A stretch of DNA of 64,000 nucleotides, from contig CAYSUN010000001.1 in the NCBI GenBank assembly GCA_964434235.1, positions 18,574 through 82,573 of the forward strand, written 5' to 3'. Below the pieces are notes generated by a model. That model had not been told where the DNA came from and did not search any database. It saw only the letters and a list, made by a program, of their open reading frames with translations. The stretch is from an uncultured Gammaproteobacteria bacterium (GTDB lineage Bacteria > Patescibacteriota > Patescibacteriia > UBA11705 > JABHMO01). The position numbers were made by a program, and so were the translations under genes. Positions 49,885-59,921 of this stretch are shown one piece after another (position 1 is the first letter of the stretch; each line of letters opens with the position of its first letter).

Positions 49885-50513
49885 TAAAAATTAAAACTAA
49901 TAATCAAGGACAAACTTTGATTGAAGCAGTCGTGGCTGTAGCTATCATTGGTATAGCTATGGTTGGTTTTTTGTCTAGATCAACTCAAAATTATTTAGCA
50001 ATTAGTGAAACTTTGGAACGAAATCAAGCTTTGAATTTGGCTAGAGAATCAATTGAAATAGTCCGTAATATGAGAGATAGTAATTGGCTGAAGGGTTGTT
50101 TTGATCCTGCTGACTCAGATAATTGTAAATACTGGAATTCTGGTTTGCATGTGGGCAATGAATATCGAGCTGTAATTGTTTTTGATGAGGACACCACTCA
50201 TTGGGTATTAGATTTTATTAATAATGATTTTGATAGTTGTATAGAAAATGAACAGTGTCGTTTGTATCAAAGGGAGTATGGTTTAATTGATGGCAATAGT
50301 TCAAATGCTGAGCCATTAGATTTTTATCGACAGGTTGAAATGCGACCAATTTGTGAAAGCCAAACAGCTTGTGGTGGTGATGGAATCTGTATGTCTGGTG
50401 AAGCTTGTCCTGATAAACAAATTGGTATTGAAGTTATTTCTCGTGTTCGCTGGCATCGGACAAATGGTTGGCGTAATGTGATATTAACTGATTATTTATA
50501 TAATTGGCGATAA
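49881..50513 (+). CDS. minor pilin (PilV-like)
   Basis: QGQTLIEA, ALNLARESIEIVRNMRD. Confidence 0.8.
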   Translation: MIKIKTNNQGQTLIEAVVAVAIIGIAMVGFLSRSTQNYLAISETLERNQALNLARESIEIVRNMRDSNWLKGCFDPADSDNCKYWNSGLHVGNEYRAVIVFDEDTTHWVLDFINNDFDSCIENEQCRLYQREYGLIDGNSSNAEPLDFYRQVEMRPICESQTACGGDGICMSGEACPDKQIGIEVISRVRWHRTNGWRNVILTDYLYNWR

Positions 50514-50517
50514 TAGT

Positions 50518-53500
50518 ATGCGTAAAAAAAATCAATCAGCTGAAAAAATTGAAGATTCTACCATTGTTGAAGAACCTCAATTTTCCATGGAACAAATAGC
50601 TGAGCAAAGCAAAGAAAAAATTATTGAGATCAGCCAAAGGAAGGCAGAAAAAATACAAAAGCAAGATGAATTGTTAGATCGAATAATTGATATTAACCAG
50701 CAATCATTGACTGAAAATGTTCCAGAGCAAGAACTGCAATTTTCTGATGTGAAAAATAAAATTGATGAGTTAACAGATCAAATTTTTGATGTAGAAACTA
50801 TGCTCAAGCGATTCAAGGATGGTTTTGATTACGCTCAGCTAAGTTTAGTCTTAGAACGCATTCAGCAAGTTTTCAATGATTTAGAAACAGTTATTTCGCA
50901 AGCTAATAATGAGGTAATTAAAACGGAAGCTCGAATTAAGTTATTGATTAGTTCCAAAGAAAAATTAATTGCCAAACAGCAAAAGTTAAAAGGTTTTTGG
51001 CAAAATTTATTTAAATCCAAAGAACAAGATAAGACTGCTCAGTCAATATTAAAAGCTGAAGAAGATTTACTTCAGTCTCGAAACAATCTTTATCTAGATA
51101 AAGAATCTTTAGCCACAATTCAACGTGAAAAAGAACGTCTTGGTGCTAAACAAGAAAAGCTCTTGATTGCGGCCCAGATTAGGAACTTTGATTCAACTGT
51201 TGTTTCTAAATTAAGTTTAATAGATGAATTGCTGGATGATGATTTGGTAATGGCCTATGAATGGGAGTCTATGCAAATTGTAGTGCCAACAAAAATAGAA
51301 AATTTGTCTAGTAAACTTGAAACTCCTTTAACTGAAGAAGAAAAAACTAAACTTTATAATTTGCTTGAGCGGAGATTTAGAATCAGCAAAGACGAGAAGC
51401 CTGTAGATAAAGAGAGCAAGTTGAAAGAACTTGATGCAGAAATCGAAGCTATGCGAGGGAGGAAAGAAGCTGATTTTCATTTTGGTTTTGATTCAGAAAG
51501 AGAAGAAATGAAAAGTTTCTTGCGAGAGATGACTGAACAATACGGTGCGGTTGTTGGGTCAGACCATAAGCGAGTTTGTAAAAATTGGTTGAACTTATTT
51601 ATTCGTCACAATATAAAGCCAGAGTTAGATGCTCTAACCCAAGAGATTATTGATAAACAGCCAACAGAAGAAGTCCAAGCAGAAGTAGCTAAAAATATTA
51701 AGGCATATATAGATAGTACTTATCACACATCAGTAAATTTGAAACATTGGGAAGATTTAGCCATAAAATGTGAGCCAGAGGCTTGGCTTGGTATGAGAAA
51801 AGTTTTGTTGGCTTCAGGAGAGTATTCAGCTGAAAGTATTAAAGATTTTGAAGATTGGTATGCTGATATTTTAATAGAAAAGAATTTGTTTAGCGGAGGT
51901 TCAGAATCTTTTGCCGGTTCAACGGCCGTCAGTAATATAGCAAAAATTGAACATTTTCAGTCATTGCCAAGAATGTACGAATTTTGCGTGAGCCATGATC
52001 CTAGCCATACAACCACAGCTACAATTCGTGCCATGAAAAATTTATTGGTCAAAAGTGATCAAACGGAATTGGCAGAGTTTTTACAAAATCTACCACAGCA
52101 AACCAGAAATATGTTTGAAGTATTAATCGACCCAAATTCAGCTTTAAATTTTTATGGTGAAAGTGAAGGACTTCGTTTTGAAGACTTTGCTTTGGTTGAG
52201 CCTGAATTAACTTTAATGAAAGAAAAACTGGTAAAAGATTTAAGGAAAAAAAATTGGAGCGATCAGGCAATTCGCGAAGCCTATAATCTAACTGGTAATA
52301 AATTTGAGGTTCTTGAAAATTTGAAAAAATTAGTATTAGGTTTGGGATTAAATTTTTCTGAGTTTGCTCAAGCCTATTTTCGTCAATTGTTTCGAGATTT
52401 TGACCCGAAAAACGCAGATGATCTAAAATTTTTGGATTTATATTGCAAGGAAACGGGTCTTGAAAAAGAGAGAATTTGTTTGGATCTCGGTTCTGTTATT
52501 ATTGAATCGCCAACCAATAAATTAATCGCTTCTTTAGCGTCGCCTGAACACGGTGACAACGTGCATTTTTGTGAGTTAATATTAACGGAAGAAGCTAAAT
52601 TCCCTGAAGAGGTAATAGCCAAGTTAAGAAAAATTTATTTAAAAGATGAAGTAAAAAAGCAAGCTAAATTAAGGCAAGATTTAGTGGTTCTCAGTGTGAT
52701 GATTTCTGCAAATGAGAAATCTGGGATTCTGAAAAATATTATAGAAGTATATGATTTTGATAATCCATTAGAAGTTTCTAATCTAGAAAAAGTTGTGGCT
52801 TATTATTTATACTTGCAGAGATTTATAGAATATAAGGAACTTTATGTTGATAAAGATTCACCAAACTTACGGTCAATAATAGACGAAAAGATAATGAGTT
52901 TAATGAGCTTGAAAGAAGTTGAAGAATATTTAAGCGAGATTATAAAATCTTTAGCTAGAAGTTCTCAAATTTCTTTTATTCAAAATGCTGATAAAACAAT
53001 TTGGAAATTAGTTTACGGAGAAGAGGCAGTAGAGAAATTTTTAGATGTTTTGCCAACTGACTCACAAGAAAAAAGAAATGCTTTTACACATAATGATTAT
53101 GATCGCACAACTGAATTTTTTAAATTTATGTGTGTTGGCAATGATAAGACAACTTTAAATCAAGAAAACCTAAATATTTTTACTCAGTACGTTCAGCGAT
53201 TTGGTCTTTCGAAAACTCGGCTTTTGTTTGACTATGCTCGAAATATAATTTTGTTCAAGGAACAAGGAATTGATCTGCCCTACCATCAAGAGCAAGACGG
53301 AATAGATTCATTTGATAAGCTGGAAGAAAAATTTAAAAAAATAAAAGAAATTTTGTTTGGGGAAGAAGAAGTTTCTGATATGGCTAATTTATCTAACTTG
53401 GAAGTTGAATTTCTCAATGTTATGACTGGTAAAAGTACTCATCGTTTTGATAGAGGTCGGCCAGATATGCAAAGGATTATTAACGATTGGAATAATGATA

Positions 53501-54702
53501 GTAAGTCTGAAGAAATAGTTCCAAAACCAGAAGAATATCAATCGTTCTCGTTGGAAGTTCAACGAGCAAACGTTACGGTCGATGTAGACGTTATTCGTAA
53601 TGAGTATGAAGAGTTAAAAATGAATATTTTAGAGGCTTGCAAAGATCCAGAAGATGTCCAAGGATTAAAAGCTAGAGCCTTGTCGATTATTAAGCAAAAA
53701 ATATTAGAGATTGAGCAAATGGTTGATGCTAATCCAGAAAATTCTTTTATCCAAAAACAATTAGTCAATTATCAAACTATCCACCAGAATTTGGGACAGG
53801 TCAATGATTTGGATCAGTTGTTAATTGCGTTACTGTCAGTAGAAAAAGGTTTTGCTCTTAAAAATAATATTGATTCGATAGTTCGAGAAATTTTAATAAA
53901 AAAAGTTTTTCGAATGAATTTTTCCGAAGATACTTTAGCTCAGTATATTGGCGTTTTAGAAAAACCAATTTCAGTAAAAGGAGTTTTGGGAATGGTTAAT
54001 ATAGTTAATAATTTTATTAAGGATCATGTTATAAATTTAAGCCGAAATAATCAAGAGGGCTATTGGAGTGAAGAGGCTTGGCAGAAAATATTAGCGACTA
54101 AAAAGAATTCTAAGTTAATTGATGTTACTAAAGTTTTTAAAACACAAATTGATGCCCTAACCAAAGAAATTAAAAGTGCCAAAGTCGAAGACGTGTTGGA
54201 GCCTTCGCTGGCAGTTCAGTTTATTCCTGATCGTGGTTTTGTAGGCGAAATGTCAGGATATTTAGCTGATGTTTGTTACACAGCTGAGTATCCATTGTTA
54301 AAAAAATGGCCGAATGTTGTTCCGTTTAAGTTAGTTTATACGGCTGATGATGGATCAAAAGAGTTCCTCGGTTCAGTCTTGGTTTTTGAAGTAACACAAA
54401 AAAATGGGGAAAAGGCATTGCTTGTTAGAGCTTTTGATGTACCGCAAGAAGAAGATTTTAATATAAGTAAATGTATTGAGAGCTTTTTAGATGCCATGCA
54501 AGATTTGGGTAAAAAGCGTGGAGCTACAAAAGTGCTGGTGCCTGGAGTTAATGGCGCAATCTCCAATTATTTAATGACAGTTGCACACATAAAACAATAC
54601 GTAACTGATAAAACCGCTGTGTCTTTAGCTGAAGAGTTTAAATTTAATGGGGAAAGTTATAATTTAACAGATAATTGTTTTGTGGCTAGAGAGATAAAAT
54701 AA
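50518..54702 (+). CDS. 1394-aa orphan: N-terminal coiled coil, C-terminal alpha/beta domain
   Basis: Uninterrupted ORF; no TM or pilin motif. Confidence 0.8.
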   Translation: MRKKNQSAEKIEDSTIVEEPQFSMEQIAEQSKEKIIEISQRKAEKIQKQDELLDRIIDINQQSLTENVPEQELQFSDVKNKIDELTDQIFDVETMLKRFKDGFDYAQLSLVLERIQQVFNDLETVISQANNEVIKTEARIKLLISSKEKLIAKQQKLKGFWQNLFKSKEQDKTAQSILKAEEDLLQSRNNLYLDKESLATIQREKERLGAKQEKLLIAAQIRNFDSTVVSKLSLIDELLDDDLVMAYEWESMQIVVPTKIENLSSKLETPLTEEEKTKLYNLLERRFRISKDEKPVDKESKLKELDAEIEAMRGRKEADFHFGFDSEREEMKSFLREMTEQYGAVVGSDHKRVCKNWLNLFIRHNIKPELDALTQEIIDKQPTEEVQAEVAKNIKAYIDSTYHTSVNLKHWEDLAIKCEPEAWLGMRKVLLASGEYSAESIKDFEDWYADILIEKNLFSGGSESFAGSTAVSNIAKIEHFQSLPRMYEFCVSHDPSHTTTATIRAMKNLLVKSDQTELAEFLQNLPQQTRNMFEVLIDPNSALNFYGESEGLRFEDFALVEPELTLMKEKLVKDLRKKNWSDQAIREAYNLTGNKFEVLENLKKLVLGLGLNFSEFAQAYFRQLFRDFDPKNADDLKFLDLYCKETGLEKERICLDLGSVIIESPTNKLIASLASPEHGDNVHFCELILTEEAKFPEEVIAKLRKIYLKDEVKKQAKLRQDLVVLSVMISANEKSGILKNIIEVYDFDNPLEVSNLEKVVAYYLYLQRFIEYKELYVDKDSPNLRSIIDEKIMSLMSLKEVEEYLSEIIKSLARSSQISFIQNADKTIWKLVYGEEAVEKFLDVLPTDSQEKRNAFTHNDYDRTTEFFKFMCVGNDKTTLNQENLNIFTQYVQRFGLSKTRLLFDYARNIILFKEQGIDLPYHQEQDGIDSFDKLEEKFKKIKEILFGEEEVSDMANLSNLEVEFLNVMTGKSTHRFDRGRPDMQRIINDWNNDSKSEEIVPKPEEYQSFSLEVQRANVTVDVDVIRNEYEELKMNILEACKDPEDVQGLKARALSIIKQKILEIEQMVDANPENSFIQKQLVNYQTIHQNLGQVNDLDQLLIALLSVEKGFALKNNIDSIVREILIKKVFRMNFSEDTLAQYIGVLEKPISVKGVLGMVNIVNNFIKDHVINLSRNNQEGYWSEEAWQKILATKKNSKLIDVTKVFKTQIDALTKEIKSAKVEDVLEPSLAVQFIPDRGFVGEMSGYLADVCYTAEYPLLKKWPNVVPFKLVYTADDGSKEFLGSVLVFEVTQKNGEKALLVRAFDVPQEEDFNISKCIESFLDAMQDLGKKRGATKVLVPGVNGAISNYLMTVAHIKQYVTDKTAVSLAEEFKFNGESYNLTDNCFVAREIK

Positions 54703-54704
54703 TT

Positions 54705-55277
54705 ATGAAAAAAGGTTTTTCTTTAATTGAAATGTTGGTAGTTATGGCAGTTTTTATGACCATTATGCTGGTGGTTAGTGATATTTTTTTATCAGTTTCT
54801 AGTTCACAAAAAAGTAGTTTAATAAAACAAAGAGTAATGGTAGATATGCAGTATACTTTGGAACAAGTCGCGCAAATGATTAGATTAGGGCAACTTGATT
54901 ATCGCTCTGGCTCTAGTTCTAGCCCTAACCTTAATCAGTATGAACATTTAAAATTAATAAGTAGTACAGGCGAAAAAATGATGATTGGTATGGATGATAG
55001 CAATTGTGATAGTCCTGCGGAAACTTGTTTAGTGTTAATTAAAAATGAGGTTGTAACTGTTCTGTCTCCTCCAAGCTTTAATGTCACAAGATTTGATTTT
55101 ATCAGAACTCCTAGTGAAAGTCCGTACCAATTTAATCAATTTACTCAAAAATACAAGAGCGATGCTCAACCTCAAGTGACAGTTTTGCTTGAAGGTGTGT
55201 CAACTATTGAAACAGAAAAATCAATTAAGCCAATACTTTTACAAACGACAATCAGTTCTCGATATTATGAAAGATAA
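54705..55277 (+). CDS. minor pilin (PilW-like)
   Basis: KGFSLIEML; C-terminal LQTTISSR. Confidence 0.85.
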   Translation: MKKGFSLIEMLVVMAVFMTIMLVVSDIFLSVSSSQKSSLIKQRVMVDMQYTLEQVAQMIRLGQLDYRSGSSSSPNLNQYEHLKLISSTGEKMMIGMDDSNCDSPAETCLVLIKNEVVTVLSPPSFNVTRFDFIRTPSESPYQFNQFTQKYKSDAQPQVTVLLEGVSTIETEKSIKPILLQTTISSRYYER

Positions 55278-56067
55278 ATTATTACAATCAGAGCAAGGAA
55301 ATGTTTTGGTTTATGCGCTTTTAACGATTGCCGCGATTTTAAGTTCCTCGATAGTAATTTCTAATATTATTAATGGTTCAATCGGGCACAGTGGCTTGAT
55401 TGCCAGTTCTGAAGAAGCTTTTTACAGCGCTGAAAGTGGATTGGAAAAAACTTTGTATACAATTCGAAAAGAAGACAATTTACCTCAGAGTGGCTCTTGT
55501 GACATAGATAATATCGATTGTGAAGTTGAAGTGAGTAATGATAAAGTTAATTATTTAATGTTGGATTTAGAAAGAAATCAATCAGTTCAAATTGATCTTT
55601 TTGATCCAGAGAATAATTTGCATTCTAGTGGTGTTGATTCATTTGCGATGGAATGGGCAAATTCTCAAACTTGGCTGGAAGTTAGTATTGTGGAGTGGCC
55701 AAATGATTATGTTTTTAGTTGGCCTAATTTATTAGGTCAAGTTAACGTAGATGATTTACCGACTCAAAAATTTTTATATAGTGGTGGACAAGATTTTAAT
55801 TTAGCTATAAATAACTATTTTGTAAAAACAAAAAATTATAGAGTTCGAATTAAAGCTTTGTATGGAAATGCTGATGATTTAATAATTAAACTTTATGGGA
55901 CGGATAATGGTGGTGTGCCAATTGCTTTTCCTAATTATTTAACAATTGATGCTGTTGGTAAATATCGTGATTCAAGTCAGCGACTGTCTGTAGAAATGCC
56001 AAGATATTCTTCTTTACTTGGCTTGTTTGATTATGTGCTATTTAGTGAAAGTGTTATAACAAAATAA
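55267..56067 (+). CDS. PilX-like minor pilin
   Basis: QGNVLVYALL, AFYSAESGLE; start 55267 preferred. Confidence 0.8.
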   Translation: MKDKLLQSEQGNVLVYALLTIAAILSSSIVISNIINGSIGHSGLIASSEEAFYSAESGLEKTLYTIRKEDNLPQSGSCDIDNIDCEVEVSNDKVNYLMLDLERNQSVQIDLFDPENNLHSSGVDSFAMEWANSQTWLEVSIVEWPNDYVFSWPNLLGQVNVDDLPTQKFLYSGGQDFNLAINNYFVKTKNYRVRIKALYGNADDLIIKLYGTDNGGVPIAFPNYLTIDAVGKYRDSSQRLSVEMPRYSSLLGLFDYVLFSESVITK

Positions 56068-56110
56068 AATTTAATATTAAAAACAAAAATTTAAGGAGTG
56101 AACAAATATT

Positions 56111-56992
56111 ATGCTTTGGATAGTTTTTACATTAGTGGCCATGCTTTTGTGGTCAGCAGTAAATATTTTAGATAAATATATAATTGGGCATGAGCTTCGC
56201 GATCCAATTTTAGTTACTACGATTTTTGGTTTTTCTATTAGTTTACTTTTTATATTTTTAGGACTTTTTACTGGAGCTATTATTATTCCAGTTAAATACA
56301 TGTTACTTTCTATGCTTGGCGGTTTGGTTTATGCGACGGCCATTATTTTTTATTATTCTGCTATGAAAAAGATAGAAGTCTCACGCATAGTGCCGATTAT
56401 TGCAACGGAACCTTTAATTATTGCGATTGTGGCTTTCTTCTTATTTGGTGAAAGCTTAAAATTAATTCAATATATTGGGATCGGATTAATCGTATTTGGA
56501 GCAATTCTGATTACTCATAAAAAATATGGTGATAAGGTAAATATGCATAAGTTTTATGCTATGGCTTTCCTTTGTACTTTGCTTTTTGGATTGAGAAATA
56601 TTTTAATAAAATATGTAACAATTGGAGTAGACTTTTGGCCGATGTTATTTTGGCTTGGCGTAGGAATGTTTATTGCCCCTTTGATTTTGCTTTTCTTTCA
56701 TCATCCACATATTAGAGAACAGGCCAAGAAAGGTGTTTTGCATTTGTGTTTAACTGCTCTTTTGTCTGGTTTAGCTTTAATTTTCTTCACCAAGGCAATT
56801 TCGATTGGTTCTGTGTCTTTGGCTTCTGCTTTGTTGGCGACAAAACCAATGTTAGTTTTTTTTATCGCTACTTTTTTAAGCTTTTTTCACCCTGATATTA
56901 TAGTTGAAAAACATACGAAAAAAGTTTTACTGAAAAAAATGACCGCTGTGGCTTTGATTGTGGCTGGTGGGATCTTTGTACTCATTCAGTGA
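56111..56992 (+). CDS. EamA/DMT family transporter
   Basis: About 10 TMs, two EamA repeats, LFGESL. Confidence 0.88.
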   Translation: MLWIVFTLVAMLLWSAVNILDKYIIGHELRDPILVTTIFGFSISLLFIFLGLFTGAIIIPVKYMLLSMLGGLVYATAIIFYYSAMKKIEVSRIVPIIATEPLIIAIVAFFLFGESLKLIQYIGIGLIVFGAILITHKKYGDKVNMHKFYAMAFLCTLLFGLRNILIKYVTIGVDFWPMLFWLGVGMFIAPLILLFFHHPHIREQAKKGVLHLCLTALLSGLALIFFTKAISIGSVSLASALLATKPMLVFFIATFLSFFHPDIIVEKHTKKVLLKKMTAVALIVAGGIFVLIQ

Positions 56993-57110
56993 TTACAAAT
57001 TACGAATTGGCTACGAATCTACGTATTACGAATAGGAAAAACAAATTTACAAATATTACGAATTACACTTTACTAATTACCAATTACTCTTTACTAAATA
57101 TTCGCCTGTG
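56993..57110 (+). repeat. tacgaat-type repeat element
   Basis: ttacaaattacgaattggctacgaatctacg, similar to the reverse complement of ~38194-38224. Confidence 0.75.
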
Positions 57111-57126
57111 TTAATTTACTTATAAT

Positions 57127-59145
57127 ATGAATATAACTGAATCGAAAAATCGTTTGGAGAAATTAAAAGATCAGCTTCGAGAGACTGATCACGCTTATTA
57201 TACTTTGGATAAGCCGATTATGTCTGATTCAGCAAGAGATAGTTTGAAAGATGAAATTGAAAAAATCGAGAAACAGTTTCCAAATTTAATTACTTCAGAT
57301 TCACCAACTCAGAGAATCGGTGGTCGAGCTTTGGGTCGATTCAAAAAAGTTAAACATGAAATTCCTAAATATTCTTTAGATGATGTTTTTAGTTATGAAG
57401 AAGTTCGCGAATTTGATGAACGAGTAAAAAGATTTTTGAAAATTCCGATTAACTCAGACCTAGAATATACTTGCGAATTGAAAATTGATGGTTTGAATAT
57501 GTCTTTTCATTATAAAGATGGTTTATTTGAACGAGCAGTTACTCGAGGTGATGGTGTGCTTGGCGAGGACGTTTCTCATACTGTTAAGACGATTAAAAGT
57601 TTACCTTTGAAATTAAATAAAAATGTTGATATTGAACTTGGTGGTGAAGTTTATATGCCAACCAAAAGTTTTGAAAAGTTAAACAAAAAAGGCCCAATTC
57701 AATTTGCTAATCCGAGAAATGCGGCCGCTGGTACGGTGCGCCAATTAGATCCAATGGTGGCTGCTTCTCGAGATTTAGATATTTTTTGTTGGGCTATCTA
57801 TAAGTTAAAAGTTAAAAGTGAAAAGTTAAAAGTAAATACTCAGGTTGAAATGCTTGAAAAAATGAAAGAGCTTGGATTTAAAGTTAATCCAGAATACAAA
57901 AAAGTAAATAATATTGAAGAAGCAATTAAATTCTGTGAAAGTTGGCAAGACAAAAGAGCTAAACTTCCTTATGAAATTGATGGAATTGCGATCAAGGTAA
58001 ATCGAATTGATTGGCAAGAACGATTAGGCCGAGCATCAAAATATGTTCGCTGGGCTACAGCTTATAAATTTCCAGCCGAAGAAGCGACTTCTGTAATTGA
58101 AAATATTGTTTGGCAAGTTGGTCGAACTGGCGCCTTGACTCCAGTTGCTCATTTAACGCCAGTTAGTTTAGCTGGGTCGATTGTCAGTCGGGCAACTTTG
58201 CATAATATTGATGAATTAAGAGAAAAAGATATTAGAATAGGCGACACAGTAATTTTGCATAAAGCTGGAGATATTATTCCAGAAATTATTAAACCATTAC
58301 TCAAATTAAGAACTGGAAAACAAAAAAAAGTGGAAGCACCAAAAAATTGTCCGATTTGTCAGGCGAAAGTTGAAAGGATGGATGGTGAGTCAGCAATTCG
58401 TTGTACAAATAAAAATTGTTTTGCTCAAGATCAAGAAAGATTAATTCATTTTGTTTCGCGTAAAGGTTTTGATATTGATGGTTTTGGAGAAAAAATTGTT
58501 GAACAATTAATGCTGGAAAAGTTGGTTACAAATTTTTGTGATATTTTCGAACTTAAAAAAGGTGACTTGCAAGTGCTAGATCGTTTTGCGGAAAAATCAG
58601 CTGAAAATTTAGTTCAAGCTATTGAAAAAAGCAAATCTGTTTTGTTAAGTAAATTAATTTTTGCTTTAGGCATTCGTTATGTAGGCGAAGAAAATGCTAG
58701 CTTACTAGCCAAACAATATTCCGATCGAACAATTTCTATGTTTTTAAAAAACATTAAGCAAGCAAAAGTTACTGATTTGGAAGAAATTGAAGGTGTTGGT
58801 AAAATTGTTGCTCAAGCAGTTTTTGATTATTTTCACAATGAAGATAATTTACAAAAACTATTAAAACTTGAAGAACTTGGTGTTGTTTTGAAAAGAGTAG
58901 AAGTTTCACAAGTAAAATCCTCAGTCTTTGGAAAAACTTTTGTTTTAACTGGTAGTTTAGTCAGTTTATCCAGAGATGAAGCCAAGGCTTTGATTAAATT
59001 AGCTGGAGGTAAAGTTAGCTCGACTGTGAGTGCTAAAACTGATTACCTTGTTGTTGGTGATGAACCGGGTTCTAAATACAAAAAAGCAGTAGAATTAAAA
59101 GTGAAAATACTTGAAGAAAAAGAATTCATGAGTTTGATTAAATAA
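57127..59145 (+). CDS. ligA: NAD-dependent DNA ligase
   Basis: ELKIDG, TRGDG, NPRNAAAG, Zn finger, BRCT. Confidence 0.97.
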   Translation: MNITESKNRLEKLKDQLRETDHAYYTLDKPIMSDSARDSLKDEIEKIEKQFPNLITSDSPTQRIGGRALGRFKKVKHEIPKYSLDDVFSYEEVREFDERVKRFLKIPINSDLEYTCELKIDGLNMSFHYKDGLFERAVTRGDGVLGEDVSHTVKTIKSLPLKLNKNVDIELGGEVYMPTKSFEKLNKKGPIQFANPRNAAAGTVRQLDPMVAASRDLDIFCWAIYKLKVKSEKLKVNTQVEMLEKMKELGFKVNPEYKKVNNIEEAIKFCESWQDKRAKLPYEIDGIAIKVNRIDWQERLGRASKYVRWATAYKFPAEEATSVIENIVWQVGRTGALTPVAHLTPVSLAGSIVSRATLHNIDELREKDIRIGDTVILHKAGDIIPEIIKPLLKLRTGKQKKVEAPKNCPICQAKVERMDGESAIRCTNKNCFAQDQERLIHFVSRKGFDIDGFGEKIVEQLMLEKLVTNFCDIFELKKGDLQVLDRFAEKSAENLVQAIEKSKSVLLSKLIFALGIRYVGEENASLLAKQYSDRTISMFLKNIKQAKVTDLEEIEGVGKIVAQAVFDYFHNEDNLQKLLKLEELGVVLKRVEVSQVKSSVFGKTFVLTGSLVSLSRDEAKALIKLAGGKVSSTVSAKTDYLVVGDEPGSKYKKAVELKVKILEEKEFMSLIK

Positions 59146-59259
59146 TTATAGTGTTAATTGATAGAATGTGATTTAAAATAATGGTACGAAGTTAATATGT
59201 AGATCTTTTAATGTCCCTCTTACTAATAGTTGGATTTCAAAAACGCAAAGGGGAACGCT

Positions 59260-59397
59260 ATGACGAAACTACTTTTTCCTGCGAAGTTTTTTGGTGAGAA
59301 GGTATTGGCTGTAGGTTTAGCTGGAATTCTTGCTGTTGCATTTGTTGTTGTTTACTGTGGGGTTGCTGTTAATGCTGGGGTTGATAAGTATTTGTAA
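59260..59397 (+). CDS. 45-aa hydrophobic peptide (below the ORF-track cutoff)
   Basis: MTKLLFPAKFFGEKVLAVGLAGILAVAFVVVYCGVAVNAGVDKYL*; SD aagggga; terminator immediately after. Confidence 0.65.
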   Translation: MTKLLFPAKFFGEKVLAVGLAGILAVAFVVVYCGVAVNAGVDKYL

Positions 59398-59404
59398 ATT
59401 AACT

Positions 59405-59431
59405 ATCCTCGTTTCTTAAACGGGGATTTTT
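59405..59431 (+). terminator. rho-independent terminator
   Basis: atcctcgttt-ctt-aaacggggat followed by a T-run. Confidence 0.7.
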
Positions 59432-59473
59432 ATTGCCTTTTAAGTAGAATTTTGTTATAATTTCTGTGAATTT

Positions 59474-59764
59474 ATGAATATAAACAAAGAACATATTGAG
59501 CATTTAGCCAATTTGGCTAGATTGGGTATAACGGAAGAAGAAAAAGAGAAATACGCTGAGCAGATTTCTTCTGTTTTAGATTATTTTACTGAATTGAATG
59601 AATTAAACACTGACAACGTTGAACCTTTAACGCATGTTTTTGAATTGGAAAATGTTGTCCGTCCAGACAAAGAAGTTCGCACCGTAGAAGCGGATAAAGT
59701 TTTGGCCGAAGCACCAGAATTAGAAAAAAAACAAGTTAAAGTTAAGGCTGTTTTTGATAAGTAA
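59474..59764 (+). CDS. gatC: Asp/Glu-tRNA amidotransferase subunit C
   Basis: EHLANLARL; upstream of gatA. Confidence 0.92.
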   Translation: MNINKEHIEHLANLARLGITEEEKEKYAEQISSVLDYFTELNELNTDNVEPLTHVFELENVVRPDKEVRTVEADKVLAEAPELEKKQVKVKAVFDK

Positions 59765-59769
59765 TGTAA

Positions 59770-59900
59770 TTTCACAGTTTATTGTTTATTGCTTATTTAT
59801 TTTTTACTCACGACCCGCCTACCGGCCGGCTCACAACTTAATTCTTACCTACTTAACACTTAATACTTAATACTTATTTACTCACCATTAACACGTTAAA
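59770..59900. repeat. heptamer tract with degenerate palindrome between gatC and gatA
   Basis: cttaacacttaatacttaatactt; cccgcctaccggccggc. Confidence 0.7.
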
Positions 59901-59921
59901 TATGGACGCAGGTATGTTATT

